DNA of 34,152 nucleotides from Nitrospirota bacterium (GTDB lineage Bacteria > Nitrospirota > UBA9217): assembly GCA_029858565.1 (NCBI GenBank), contig JAOUEV010000038.1:1-34152 (forward strand). Reading direction: 5' to 3'. The position numbers and the translations under genes were made by a program. The notes under the pieces are model-generated. The model worked only from the letters and a program-made list of their open reading frames with translations, had not been told where the DNA came from and ran no database searches. Positions within the stretch are counted from its first letter, which is position 1, and each line of letters begins with the position of its first letter. Below are positions 1-8,413 of the stretch, piece after piece.

Positions 1-618
1 TCGGATCACCTCGCTGATCGTGCCGTTGCCGATGCCGAGCACGATGATCGGAAGCAGCGCATATAACCATTTCTCGCCGCCTGTTGCGTAGCCGAATGCC
101 ATGGGAAAGAGACCGAGCTTGTGGGTAAAAAAATAGATGACAATATAGCCCAGCCAGAAGACCGGAAGAGCGGAAATGACATAGGAGAGGATGGTCAGAG
201 GCCAGGTGATCCGGCCCATGCCGTACATTGCCGATCGGATGGCGATCGGCGCCGCGATCAGGATCGTGATAAGGAGCGAGCCAACGGTCAGGAGCAGGGT
301 GTTCAGGCCCGTTCGGAGCACCTCACGAAGCACCGGCATGCCCGAGCGGATGGAGGTGCCGAAATCTCCCTTGAGCATGCCAAAGGTCCAGGAGAAATAC
401 CGGCCGTACCAGGTCTTCTGGACCCCCAGCGCCTCGCGCACACCGCTCCGCGCCTCTTCGGACATTGCCTGGCCTTCGAGCAATACGCTGAAAGGATCAC
501 CCGGTGAGAGGTAAAGGATGACGAAGACCACAAAGCTCACCCCAAGGAGCAGCAGACCGGTGATGACCAGCTCGCGCGAAAGGACCAGTGCTATGGGGCG
601 GAATGCTGAAAGTTTCAT
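1..618 (-). CDS. ABC transporter permease, DppB/OppB-like (3'-truncated by window edge)
   Basis: Not in the ORF track. Manual translation from ATG at 618 gives MKLSAFRPIALVLSRELVITGLLLLGVSFVVFVILYLSPGDP...GDFGTSIRSGMPV...SALPVFWLG. PGDP, GDFGxS and PxFWLG are OppB/DppB motifs. It starts 9 nt after the SBP stop. Confidence 0.9.
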   Translation of the reverse strand, partial: MKLSAFRPIALVLSRELVITGLLLLGVSFVVFVILYLSPGDPFSVLLEGQAMSEEARSGVREALGVQKTWYGRYFSWTFGMLKGDFGTSIRSGMPVLREVLRTGLNTLLLTVGSLLITILIAAPIAIRSAMYGMGRITWPLTILSYVISALPVFWLGYIVIYFFTHKLGLFPMAFGYATGGEKWLYALLPIIVLGIGNGTISEVIR

Positions 619-627
619 TGAATCGTC

Positions 628-2223
628 TTACTTCCCTTCCATGAACCACTCATCGGCAAAAGAGAAGAACTTGTACGGATGGATCGCTACGCGCCTGACC
701 TTGTCGCGGTAGGCCGCGAAGTTCGTGAGTGTCCAGAGGTAGGTGTAGGGATTCTCCTCGGCAAGGATCGCATGGAGCTTGCGGTTGATGGTACGCTTCT
801 TCTCGTGGTCCAGCGTGAGCTTGCTCTCGTTGATCAGGCCGTCAACTTCGGGGTTCGAGTAGCCGATGAAGTTGTTCTTCCAGGCCCCGATCTCGCCGGT
901 GTGGAAGAGCGACGAGATGTCAGCTGAATCGTCAAAGACCCAGGACGCGAACACGATATCGAAATCATGCTCCAGGAACACATCCTCTTTCCAGGCCTGC
1001 CACTCCTTGAACTCCACCTTGATGTCAGCACCCACGTTCTTGAGATAGTTCTTGAACGCCAGCACCACGCGCTTCACCGCCTCGCTCTCCTTCTCGATCG
1101 GCACTTTCAGCGAGAACGCGAGCCGCTTGCCGTCCTTCTGCAGGAACCCGTCGCCGGCTTTGGTGTATCCCGCTTCCTGGAGCAGGGCTGCAGCCTTCTG
1201 CGGATCGAATGCCAGCGGCTGCACATCCAGATTATAGGCCCAGCTGCCCGGAGCAAAAGGACCGGATATGATCGTTCCCCTGCCGTTGAAGAAAGAGTCG
1301 AGCATTTCCTGACGGTTCACCGCGTGCGTAAAGGCCTTGCGCACGTTCTTGTCCGCCAGGAGCGGATTGCGCATATTGTAGCCGAAGAAGGAGTAGGACA
1401 GGGCATTGTACGACTTGAGCACGAACCGCTTGTCGCCCTCGATCTCGGGGATGTCCCGCGGGTTCACGAGCACGATCATGTCGATTGCATTGAACATGAG
1501 CGCCTGGGTCATGATATTCTGGTCCGCGAAGGGTTTGGCCGAGAACTGGTTGATGTGCGCCCGTCCCTTGAAGTAGCTCTCGTTCGCCGCGAGCACGATC
1601 TCCCGCTCCGAGGTCACGTTCTTGAGCATATAAGGGCCCGTGCCGATGGGGTGCTGCACAAAAGGATCGTCGCGGGTCAGATAGTCCTTGTTCGCCGGCC
1701 CGTGCTTCGGGATGACCTTGAAGCTGAATTTCGCCAGGGCGTTCAGGATGGGCCGCTTGAGGCTGAAGCGCACCGCAGAGTCGTCAACCTTCTCCACGGA
1801 GGAGATGAACTCGTAGCGCACCTTGAGCGGCGTGATGGTCTTGGGATGCATCATGATATTGTAGGTGAAGACCACGTCGTCGGCGGTGAACGGCTTGGGC
1901 TGTTCCCCTTCCTTGGCGTGCCAGGTCACGTTCTTGCGCAGGTAGAAGGTGTAGGTCCGGCCGTCCTTCGATATCTCCCAGCGCTCGGCCAGTTCCGGGA
2001 CGATCTCCTGCTTCTCGTTGATGCCCACAAGGCCGTTGAAGATCAGCTCCGTGAGCCTGAGCGAGATCATCTCGTTGCTTGTGACCGGGTCGAGTGTGGC
2101 CGGTCTTCCGTACTCGCCGTAGCTCAGGCTGCCGCCGTCAGGCCGTCCGTCCTTCTTGGGCCCGGCATGGACCGCCGTCGCAATGACCAGGACCGCCAGC
2201 AACATCATCAGTATCCGTTTCAT
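628..2223 (-). CDS. ABC transporter substrate-binding protein, family 5 (peptide/nickel, AppA/DppA-like)
   Basis: Signal peptide ending AVHA. Motifs TLDPV, IFNGLV, PELAERWEIS.DG.TYTF.LR, FTADDVVFT, PIGTGPY and VRKAFTHAVNR. RBS GAGGAGG upstream. Confidence 0.95.
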   Translation of the reverse strand: MKRILMMLLAVLVIATAVHAGPKKDGRPDGGSLSYGEYGRPATLDPVTSNEMISLRLTELIFNGLVGINEKQEIVPELAERWEISKDGRTYTFYLRKNVTWHAKEGEQPKPFTADDVVFTYNIMMHPKTITPLKVRYEFISSVEKVDDSAVRFSLKRPILNALAKFSFKVIPKHGPANKDYLTRDDPFVQHPIGTGPYMLKNVTSEREIVLAANESYFKGRAHINQFSAKPFADQNIMTQALMFNAIDMIVLVNPRDIPEIEGDKRFVLKSYNALSYSFFGYNMRNPLLADKNVRKAFTHAVNRQEMLDSFFNGRGTIISGPFAPGSWAYNLDVQPLAFDPQKAAALLQEAGYTKAGDGFLQKDGKRLAFSLKVPIEKESEAVKRVVLAFKNYLKNVGADIKVEFKEWQAWKEDVFLEHDFDIVFASWVFDDSADISSLFHTGEIGAWKNNFIGYSNPEVDGLINESKLTLDHEKKRTINRKLHAILAEENPYTYLWTLTNFAAYRDKVRRVAIHPYKFFSFADEWFMEGK

Positions 2224-2240
2224 GGAAACCTCCTCAAGGA

Positions 2241-2318
2241 AGTGCGAAATGCGAAGTGCCGAGTGCGGAATAACATCGAAGAACGATTCAGGCTTTTCCG
2301 CACTTCGCGCTCCGCACT
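2241..2318. repeat. Intergenic inverted heptamer arrays (AGTGCGG/CCGCACT family), REP-like hairpin
   Basis: agtgcga-aatgcga-agtgccg-agtgcgg-aa (2241-2270) and tt-ccgcact-tcgcgct-ccgcact (2296-2318) are inverted copies of one 7-mer unit. Confidence 0.75.
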
Positions 2319-2322
2319 GCTG

Positions 2323-3846
2323 TTAGTTTATTTTTACGTCTCCCGCGCTCTTGTGCTCCATGGAGTAGATCCCCTGGAGCGCCTCCTGCAGCTGCCGCAC
2401 CTGGGGGAACTGCTTGCTCATCTCGAAATAGATCTCCAGCGCCTCGGAGTATTTCTTGGTCCGGTAATAGGCCTCCGCAAGGTCCACGAGCATCAGCGGA
2501 TCATTGAACTCGATCTTGTTCTTGTTTCCCTTGTCGCGTCCTGTCTCCAGATAGGTCAGGGCCCGGGCATAGTCTTTCCTGCCCACGTAGTATCTGCCGA
2601 GTCCGATGTTCGCCACGGCGAACCGCTTTCCCTCGCCCCGCTCCACGGCTGATGCAGCGGTCTGCGCCGGACGGGGGCACTCGATCGAGAGCCTGCCGCA
2701 GGCGAACAGCACGTCCGCCAGGAGCTCGGGGTCGTTCGGCTGGTTGCGCGTCAGCTCGTCCCAGAGGCCGATGGCGTCGGCCTTCTTGCCTTTCTGGTAC
2801 TGCACCAGGCCCTGGCGCACCATAGCCCGGTTCTTGTACTGCGGCGGGGCCTGGGGCGAAGCGAGGAACGCTGTTGCCGCCTTTGCCGCCTGGTCCGCGC
2901 TGCCTTCCAGAACAGAGGCTTCGCTCAGATAATAGTTCGCGATGCTCCTGAGCTGCGCATCCGCCGCGGCATGTTCGAGCGAGGCCGTTGCCGCCGCAAG
3001 ATAGAACTTCGCGAGGCTCGCCAGAAGCTGCACGTCGTAGAACGAGATCACCTTGCTCCTGCCGGCTGACTCGCGGTAGGCATGGGACTTGAGATCGCCG
3101 CGCTGGAGCAGGTCCATTCCTTTGTCCATCAGTCCGGCGGCCGCGTAGACCCCCAGGCAGTTCTTCACCGCAATGATCGACGGTGCGGCGCCGCTCTTCC
3201 TGCCCGCAGCCAGGACCTCATCGCACAGGGCCGGTGCGTTCTTGTCCGCCGCGACCGCCCGGCTCCAGGCAAAGGCAAGCTCGGTCTTCACGTCCTGGTC
3301 CGAGGACTGAACGGCATTCCAGGCGTCCTGCGCCTTTTGCTTGTTTCCGGCGTGATGCTCGACCATGCCGAGCCCGATCGCGGCAAATGCCTTGTGTTTT
3401 TTCTCAGCTGTTCCGGCAAGGAACTTTTCGAGCGGAGCTGCGGCGTTCTCGGGCTTGCCGCTCTCCAGCAACGTGAGGCCGAGATAGAGATCGCTGTATT
3501 TGCTCCTGCTCGACCCTCTTTCCCGGGCAAGCCGATTGAGATAATCGGCATTCACCACGACCGATGAGTGGAACAGTCCCTGGTGCAGCTCCGCGTTCTT
3601 AAGATAGAGCATTCCCAGGGCGAGCTGGGCCGCGGACTGCTTGTTCTGAGGCAGGGATGAAAGCGTCTGCCGCAAATCCCGGGCGCCTTCTTCATAACGG
3701 TGCTTCTCATAGGCCTTCATGGCCTTCTGCACCGCGTCATCGGCAGCGTGACCGCTGCCTGCGGCGCACAGCAAGAGCATTACGCACAAGAGGCCTGTTT
3801 TTGTTACCCGCAGCTTGTTCCGCACTCCGCACTCCGCACTCCGCAT
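2323..3846 (-). CDS. Exported tetratricopeptide-repeat (TPR) protein, ~507 aa
   Basis: Helical repeats such as AQLALGMLYLKNA, LYLGLTLLESGK, LGRYYVGRKDYARALTYLE and LAEAYYRTKKYSEALEIY. Start re-assigned to ATG 3846, 5 nt after the upstream stop and with GGAG/GAGG upstream. A signal peptide ending GHA-A follows. The ORF-track extension to 4068 overlaps the upstream gene. Confidence 0.85.
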   Translation of the reverse strand: MRSAECGVRNKLRVTKTGLLCVMLLLCAAGSGHAADDAVQKAMKAYEKHRYEEGARDLRQTLSSLPQNKQSAAQLALGMLYLKNAELHQGLFHSSVVVNADYLNRLARERGSSRSKYSDLYLGLTLLESGKPENAAAPLEKFLAGTAEKKHKAFAAIGLGMVEHHAGNKQKAQDAWNAVQSSDQDVKTELAFAWSRAVAADKNAPALCDEVLAAGRKSGAAPSIIAVKNCLGVYAAAGLMDKGMDLLQRGDLKSHAYRESAGRSKVISFYDVQLLASLAKFYLAAATASLEHAAADAQLRSIANYYLSEASVLEGSADQAAKAATAFLASPQAPPQYKNRAMVRQGLVQYQKGKKADAIGLWDELTRNQPNDPELLADVLFACGRLSIECPRPAQTAASAVERGEGKRFAVANIGLGRYYVGRKDYARALTYLETGRDKGNKNKIEFNDPLMLVDLAEAYYRTKKYSEALEIYFEMSKQFPQVRQLQEALQGIYSMEHKSAGDVKIN

Positions 3847-3847
3847 T
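3818..3847. repeat. Tandem heptamer (CCGCACT)x3 + CCGCATT inside the first codons of the TPR gene
   Basis: ttccgcactccgcactccgcactccgcatt uses the same unit as 2241-2318 and encodes MRSAECGVRN. Confidence 0.8.
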
Positions 3848-3851
3848 TCCC

Positions 3852-5042
3852 TCACTCCTTCATCTTCGCCACAAAGATCTGGTCCCACTGGTTCACCTGT
3901 GCCCGGAAAGCGATGCTCCCGTCGGGCCCGCAGGCGATATCGTGGTTCATCTTGGTCTCGGTGTGCAAGGGCCTGTCGCTCTTGTCCGCGAGGTTCACCA
4001 CGTGGATCGGATTGTATTCCAGCCGGTCGTTCTTCACGTACACGATGCGGCTGCTGTCGACCATCCACGCGGGCCCCCGCTCCACATCGGAGATCACGTC
4101 GAGCGCCGCTACCCGCTCAGCCAGCCCGTCGCCTTCCGCGGGATCGGTCCCGTCGGCATTCACCACCATGATGGACCAGATCCGGGGATCTCCCGCGGGA
4201 TTGTAGTTGCTGTAAAAGGCGATCTTCTTCCCGTCAGGCGACCAGACCGGCCGGATATCGTCATGAGACCAGGTCGTGATCGCCCTGCGGGACTCCGCGG
4301 GACGCGCCGGATCATCGATTACATAGATATTGTGGTCTTCGCTGCTCCCGGCCATGAACACGATGCGCTTCCCGTCAGGGGACCACTGGGGATAGAGAAA
4401 TTCTTTCCCTCCCTGGGTGAGCCTGGTCAGCACGCGGGTCGCGACATCGAGCAGATAGAGGTCGCCCTTTCCCGTGCGGCCCGAAACGAACACGATCCGG
4501 TCGCCCCTGGGCGACCAGTCCGCCTGGCCGTCCTTTTCCTTGTGCTGGGTCAGCCGATTGACCGCCTGGCCGCCCAGATCGCCAAGGTAGAGATCATAAT
4601 TTCCCGCGCCGCCGTTGCTCATAAAGGCGAAGCGGTACTCGTCCGGGGACCAGGTGATCCCCGTGTTGAAACTGATGTCCTCCACCACGCCGGGGAAGAA
4701 GAACTTCATCTCCCCGCCGCCGGAGGACGGAAGATAGTAGACCGTCTGGACCGGCGAAAGATCGTTGAGCAGGACGCGTATTTCCCGCTTGTCGCCGATG
4801 TTCCGCTCGAAGGTGAACAGGAAGCCGGAGCGGGACCAGGAAGGATTGCCGTCGTTCCTCCCGGTCTCGATCTCCGCGATGTTCTTTACAAAGAGCGGCA
4901 GCAGGGGCTCCGGCTTCTTCACGTCCTCGACCGCAGGGACGGACGGCGTGGGCGCGGTGACCGTCTCCTCTGCATTCAGAAGAGAGGCGCTCCCGGCAGC
5001 CAGCCCCAGCGTCATTACCATCAGAACGGTCGCTCTCAGCAC
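3852..5042 (-). CDS. Exported TolB-like beta-propeller protein (PD40 repeats)
   Basis: Signal peptide plus repeated blades PSWSRSG, WSPDEYRFAF, WSPRGDRIVF, PQWSPDGKRIVF and PVWSPDGKKIAF. No TolB N-terminal domain is evident. Confidence 0.9.
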   Translation of the reverse strand: MLRATVLMVMTLGLAAGSASLLNAEETVTAPTPSVPAVEDVKKPEPLLPLFVKNIAEIETGRNDGNPSWSRSGFLFTFERNIGDKREIRVLLNDLSPVQTVYYLPSSGGGEMKFFFPGVVEDISFNTGITWSPDEYRFAFMSNGGAGNYDLYLGDLGGQAVNRLTQHKEKDGQADWSPRGDRIVFVSGRTGKGDLYLLDVATRVLTRLTQGGKEFLYPQWSPDGKRIVFMAGSSEDHNIYVIDDPARPAESRRAITTWSHDDIRPVWSPDGKKIAFYSNYNPAGDPRIWSIMVVNADGTDPAEGDGLAERVAALDVISDVERGPAWMVDSSRIVYVKNDRLEYNPIHVVNLADKSDRPLHTETKMNHDIACGPDGSIAFRAQVNQWDQIFVAKMKE

Positions 5043-5061
5043 GTCAGGCCCTCGTCACAAC

Positions 5062-7632
5062 CTACATCTGCTTTTTGATCTGGTCCCAGTATTTCTGTCC
5101 TGCTTCCCTGCTCTGCTTGAAGCTGCCGTCGTTCTCCAGGGCCGCGGGAAAGAAATCGAAATACTCCTGCCAGGCCTGGTTCGCGTTGTTCAGGAGCAAT
5201 GACTTCTTCGTCAGGAGATAGAGCTTGTGATACGACAACGCCGTGTAGTAATAGGTGTCGTGGACCGCTTCGTCATAGCGCTCGGTCGGGAAGAAACGCG
5301 TGTTCTCCTTTGCCTTCTGGAGCGTCTGGATAGCCTTGGCAAAGCTCTGGGCGGAGCCGTCCCGGTCGCGCTGGACCAGCGCGTTGCCCCGCTCGTAGTA
5401 CGCATGTCCCAGGTTGGTGAAGGCCACGGAGTACTGCTTGAATATGAGCTGCTGGTTCTCGGGAAGCGAGAGCACCTTCTCGAACTCCCGGATCGCGGCG
5501 TCGTAGTCGTTCTTTTCGTCCAGGTACAGCTGCGCCAGCCGGTGGTGGGCATCGGAATAGTCCGGATGGTCCTTCTGCGTGGCCGCATAGGCCGCGATGG
5601 CGCCGTCCACGTCGTTGTTCTTCTCCGCCCGCTCGCCGATCTTGAGAAAATCCTTGTACAGGACGATCGCGCGGCCGGCGGTCCGGTCCTCGGTCTTGGT
5701 CGCGAACTCCACGACCTCCTCCCAGTCACGATAGTCGCCGCCCACGGTCAGGCGCACGGTATGGAACCCGAGCGTCACCGGCTTCCCCTCGGTCATGGGC
5801 GTTCTGCCGAGCTTCTCGCCGTCCACGAACACCTCCGCGCCCTGAGGACTGGAATCCGCCTTGAAGACCGCATTGTTCACCGTCAGGGAGTATTCCTTCA
5901 CATCGCGGCTCTTCTCGACGCGGAGCTTGTCGGATACCTGCTGGTAGCCGTGCCGATAGAGCACGAGGTCGTATTTCTTTCCGAGCCGGACCGGGACCTC
6001 GGCCTTGCCGTCGGCGTTCGTGGTGCTCACCCACTCCTCGTTCAGGTAGATGTTCACCCCTGCGAGCGGGCTCACATCAGGAGGCAGGCCGCCCTTGGTC
6101 GACAGGATGGCCACGTCCTTCCCGTCGTCATCCTCCCGCGCCGCGAGCCGGACGACCCGGTCTCCCACCGACACCTTCTCGCCTTTTTTCAGGTCATCGG
6201 CCTCGGCAAAGGAATGTGCGTCGTCGACCTTCTTGATCCTGAGCCTTCCTGCGTCGCGGTACCCCGTGACTTTGCCGGTCCCGTCGGTCTTGGGCGCCAG
6301 GAGGTTGAACTCCATGTTCTTGGCGATCTTGTAGCCGGACTTGCCCAGGTTGATGCGGTAGCGGTCGCCGTCAATGCCGACCACCGTCCCCTCGAAGGGG
6401 AACTTGGCAATGACCGCGTTTGCGATATCCTTTGCCGCTCCCGCTATATCCTTCTCACGTTTTGCACGCGCGAGCTGGCTGTGCACGATCTTGCCGCCGG
6501 AAGTGATGAACTTGACCTCGACCAGGAACCCCTGGTCGTCCTTGGCAACGCTCCCCATCACGATCATGTCCACTTTCTTCTTGAGCGGCGTTTCGCGCCA
6601 CCCCTTGGCAGTGATCTTGTCGATCTTCACCCGGGCCGCTTTCACTTCGGCATGGAGCGTTTTGGAAGGGACTTCCCTGAAGCAGGAATACTTGAACAAC
6701 TGAGCGGTCAGGGCATCCTCGGTCTGGGCCACGACCTCCTTCAGGTCCACGTTCGGCGTATTGCCGGTGACCCGATAGATGCCCGTCCGGATAGGCCGCG
6801 CCGTTGTGGGGGTGAAATACCGCTGAATGTCGATCTCCCCATCCAGGGATATCTTTGTTTTCCACGATTCAGGGATATACCCCGGCGCGCTGATCGCGAG
6901 CTGGACCTTTTTGCCCGGTTCGCCGTCGTAGGAATAGGTCACGGAACCCTTGGCGTCGGTCTTCCCTATCACGCGCTTGTCGATCGACACGGACAGGCCC
7001 GCGAGCCCGCCTGCCTGGCCGTACTCCTCCATGAGCGCGGTCACGGTCACGCGGGCGCGCTTGGACAGGATAGCCTCGATGTGTTCGCCCGGAACAAGCT
7101 CTCCGGTCTTTTTCCAGGAGCCATACCCCGGCTTCTTTACCGCAAGATCCGCGCCGCCCTTGGGCAAGGTCTGATAGGAGTACTGGAACTCGCCTTTTGC
7201 ATCGGTTTTCCCGATCTCCTTGCCCTCCGCCAGGACCGCCGCGTCCGCCACCGGCGCGCCCTTTTCCAGTGCGACAATGGTGACGAACCGCTCGGCCACG
7301 AGGTCGGCGTCAAGGACGTACTTCTCCACGATGCCTTTCTTCGGAAGTTTCATGAGAACGCTGGTCTTCCAGGGCTTGATCCGGTACCCCGGCTGCTCCT
7401 TGGTGACCGCGATCTCGACCTCCGCTCCCGGTTTCTTGGTAAGGATCTTGCCGAACATGCCGTCCTCGCCGGTCATGCCTTCCTGTACGCCATCGACGGT
7501 GACCGCGGCTTTCGCCACGGGCTGGCCATCCATCTTTGCCTTGACCTCAAGTGCCATCTTCTCGCCGCCGCAGGCAAACAGCAGGAGCGACGCCGAACCG
7601 GCAAGCACGAATGAGAGTAAACGCTTGAACAT
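5062..7632 (-). CDS. Large lipoprotein with carboxypeptidase-regulatory-like repeats, CsgG/FlgT-like central region, PEGA domain and C-terminal TPRs (~856 aa)
   Basis: Lipobox LFAC; ATG 7632 with RBS GAGGAGG. Repeated V.VDG...G.TD..G modules. The central ...IVMGSV...EVKFI...KFPFEGTVVGIDGDRYRINLG...GRLRIKKV...VGDRV resembles CsgG/TolB_N plus FlgT_C. PEGA-like SSPQGAEVFVDGEKLGRTP. TPRs AHHRLAQLY and AFTNLGHAYY. Confidence 0.85.
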   Translation of the reverse strand: MFKRLLSFVLAGSASLLLFACGGEKMALEVKAKMDGQPVAKAAVTVDGVQEGMTGEDGMFGKILTKKPGAEVEIAVTKEQPGYRIKPWKTSVLMKLPKKGIVEKYVLDADLVAERFVTIVALEKGAPVADAAVLAEGKEIGKTDAKGEFQYSYQTLPKGGADLAVKKPGYGSWKKTGELVPGEHIEAILSKRARVTVTALMEEYGQAGGLAGLSVSIDKRVIGKTDAKGSVTYSYDGEPGKKVQLAISAPGYIPESWKTKISLDGEIDIQRYFTPTTARPIRTGIYRVTGNTPNVDLKEVVAQTEDALTAQLFKYSCFREVPSKTLHAEVKAARVKIDKITAKGWRETPLKKKVDMIVMGSVAKDDQGFLVEVKFITSGGKIVHSQLARAKREKDIAGAAKDIANAVIAKFPFEGTVVGIDGDRYRINLGKSGYKIAKNMEFNLLAPKTDGTGKVTGYRDAGRLRIKKVDDAHSFAEADDLKKGEKVSVGDRVVRLAAREDDDGKDVAILSTKGGLPPDVSPLAGVNIYLNEEWVSTTNADGKAEVPVRLGKKYDLVLYRHGYQQVSDKLRVEKSRDVKEYSLTVNNAVFKADSSPQGAEVFVDGEKLGRTPMTEGKPVTLGFHTVRLTVGGDYRDWEEVVEFATKTEDRTAGRAIVLYKDFLKIGERAEKNNDVDGAIAAYAATQKDHPDYSDAHHRLAQLYLDEKNDYDAAIREFEKVLSLPENQQLIFKQYSVAFTNLGHAYYERGNALVQRDRDGSAQSFAKAIQTLQKAKENTRFFPTERYDEAVHDTYYYTALSYHKLYLLTKKSLLLNNANQAWQEYFDFFPAALENDGSFKQSREAGQKYWDQIKKQM

Positions 7633-7680
7633 ACCATTCCTCCTCAAAATTGACAGGTCCCGCGGATCAGGTGTGCCGTC

Positions 7681-8133
7681 CTACATGGTCGGCGGCTGGA
7701 TGTTCACCTCGCCGGGATTCACGATCTTGTCCTCGTCGGACCTGGATGCCTCGGTGGACTTGCGTCTGCCCTCGGAGATCTTCTTGAGCTTCAGGTCGAC
7801 CTTGGCGCCGCTGAACTTGCCGACCTCCACGGTCTGGGTCTCTGTCTGGTAGCCGATCCTGCTCGCTTCCACCTTGTAAACGCCGGCGGCGATCTTCCCT
7901 TTTTCCGACTCGAACTTGCCCTCGACATTCGCCGTCACTGCATGGGATGCCTCTTCGAGTGTCGAGGTGGTATTGATCATGTTTACCACCGTACCTTCGG
8001 GACTCTCCTTTGCCGGGGGGACCGGCTGCAGGTTGGCATCCACCAGCTGAAGCGTTCCATAGATCTTCGGCGAGCATGCGGCTAGGGAGAACAGCACTAC
8101 CAACAGTATGATGGTTCTGGACTGGAGCATCAT
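7681..8133 (-). CDS. Lipoprotein with carboxypeptidase regulatory-like (transthyretin-fold) domain
   Basis: Lipobox LAAC; G..V.M...ANVEGKF....IAAGVYKVEASRIGY pattern; RBS GGAGGG. First gene after the riboswitch. Confidence 0.8.
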   Translation of the reverse strand: MMLQSRTIILLVVLFSLAACSPKIYGTLQLVDANLQPVPPAKESPEGTVVNMINTTSTLEEASHAVTANVEGKFESEKGKIAAGVYKVEASRIGYQTETQTVEVGKFSGAKVDLKLKKISEGRRKSTEASRSDEDKIVNPGEVNIQPPTM

Positions 8134-8176
8134 GGGATCCCTCCTGAAACAGGCGTTAGTGGCATAGGTTATTCAG

Positions 8177-8236
8177 AAAACAGAAAACCGCCAAAGCTGA
8201 TATCCTACTGTGAAGTAAAGAGGTCGCTTTGGCGGC
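8177..8236 (-). terminator. Riboswitch expression platform: intrinsic terminator overlapping aptamer P1
   Basis: CCGCCAAAGC (8235-8226) pairs perfectly with GCUUUGGCGG (8197-8188), followed by UUUUCUGUUUU. The 5' arm includes the P1 3' strand CAAAG. Confidence 0.8.
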
Positions 8237-8329
8237 TCGACTGGCATGTAAGGCCTGCCTAGATCGGCAGGTTTACGTAGCCTCGTGGCTCTGCGTCCCC
8301 GGGTTTCCCCAGGTTTGCTCTGAGCAAAG
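8227..8329 (-). ncRNA. GEMM-I (c-di-GMP-I family) riboswitch aptamer, A20 variant predicted to bind 3',3'-c-AMP-GMP
   Basis: Minus strand: CUUUG-CUCAGA-GCAAACCUGGG-GAAA-CCCGGGGACGC-AGA-GCCACGAGGCUACGUAAA...AUGCCAGUCGAGCCGC-CAAAG. It has P1 CUUUG/CAAAG, a P2 with GNRA loop, and the GCAAACC and GACGCA conserved blocks as in Vc2. The base equivalent to Vc2 G20 (8319) is A. Confidence 0.9.
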
Positions 8330-8368
8330 TACGTATGTTCCCGGACGTTGTGTCCGAAAGTGGAATAT

Positions 8369-8397
8369 ACTGTAGCATTGGCAGACCTGATTGTCAA
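8369..8397 (-). promoter_or_regulatory. Sigma70-type promoter of the riboswitch-led operon
   Basis: TTGACA (8397-8392), 17 nt spacer, TACAGT (8374-8369) with extended TGn; 40 nt upstream of the aptamer. Confidence 0.7.
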
Positions 8398-8413
8398 GAT
8401 GTGACATGGGCAG

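Noticed and set aside
3847-4068. N-terminal extension of the TPR ORF
   Set aside because: It overlaps the propeller gene; the signal peptide and RBS fit ATG 3846.
3852-5042. Genuine tolB
   Set aside because: No TolB N-terminal domain, and no tolQRA or pal neighbours.
967-7614. Long plus-strand ORFs (967-2652, 3657-5078, 5227-7614)
   Set aside because: Antisense shadows of well-supported GC-rich minus-strand genes, with no recognisable motifs.
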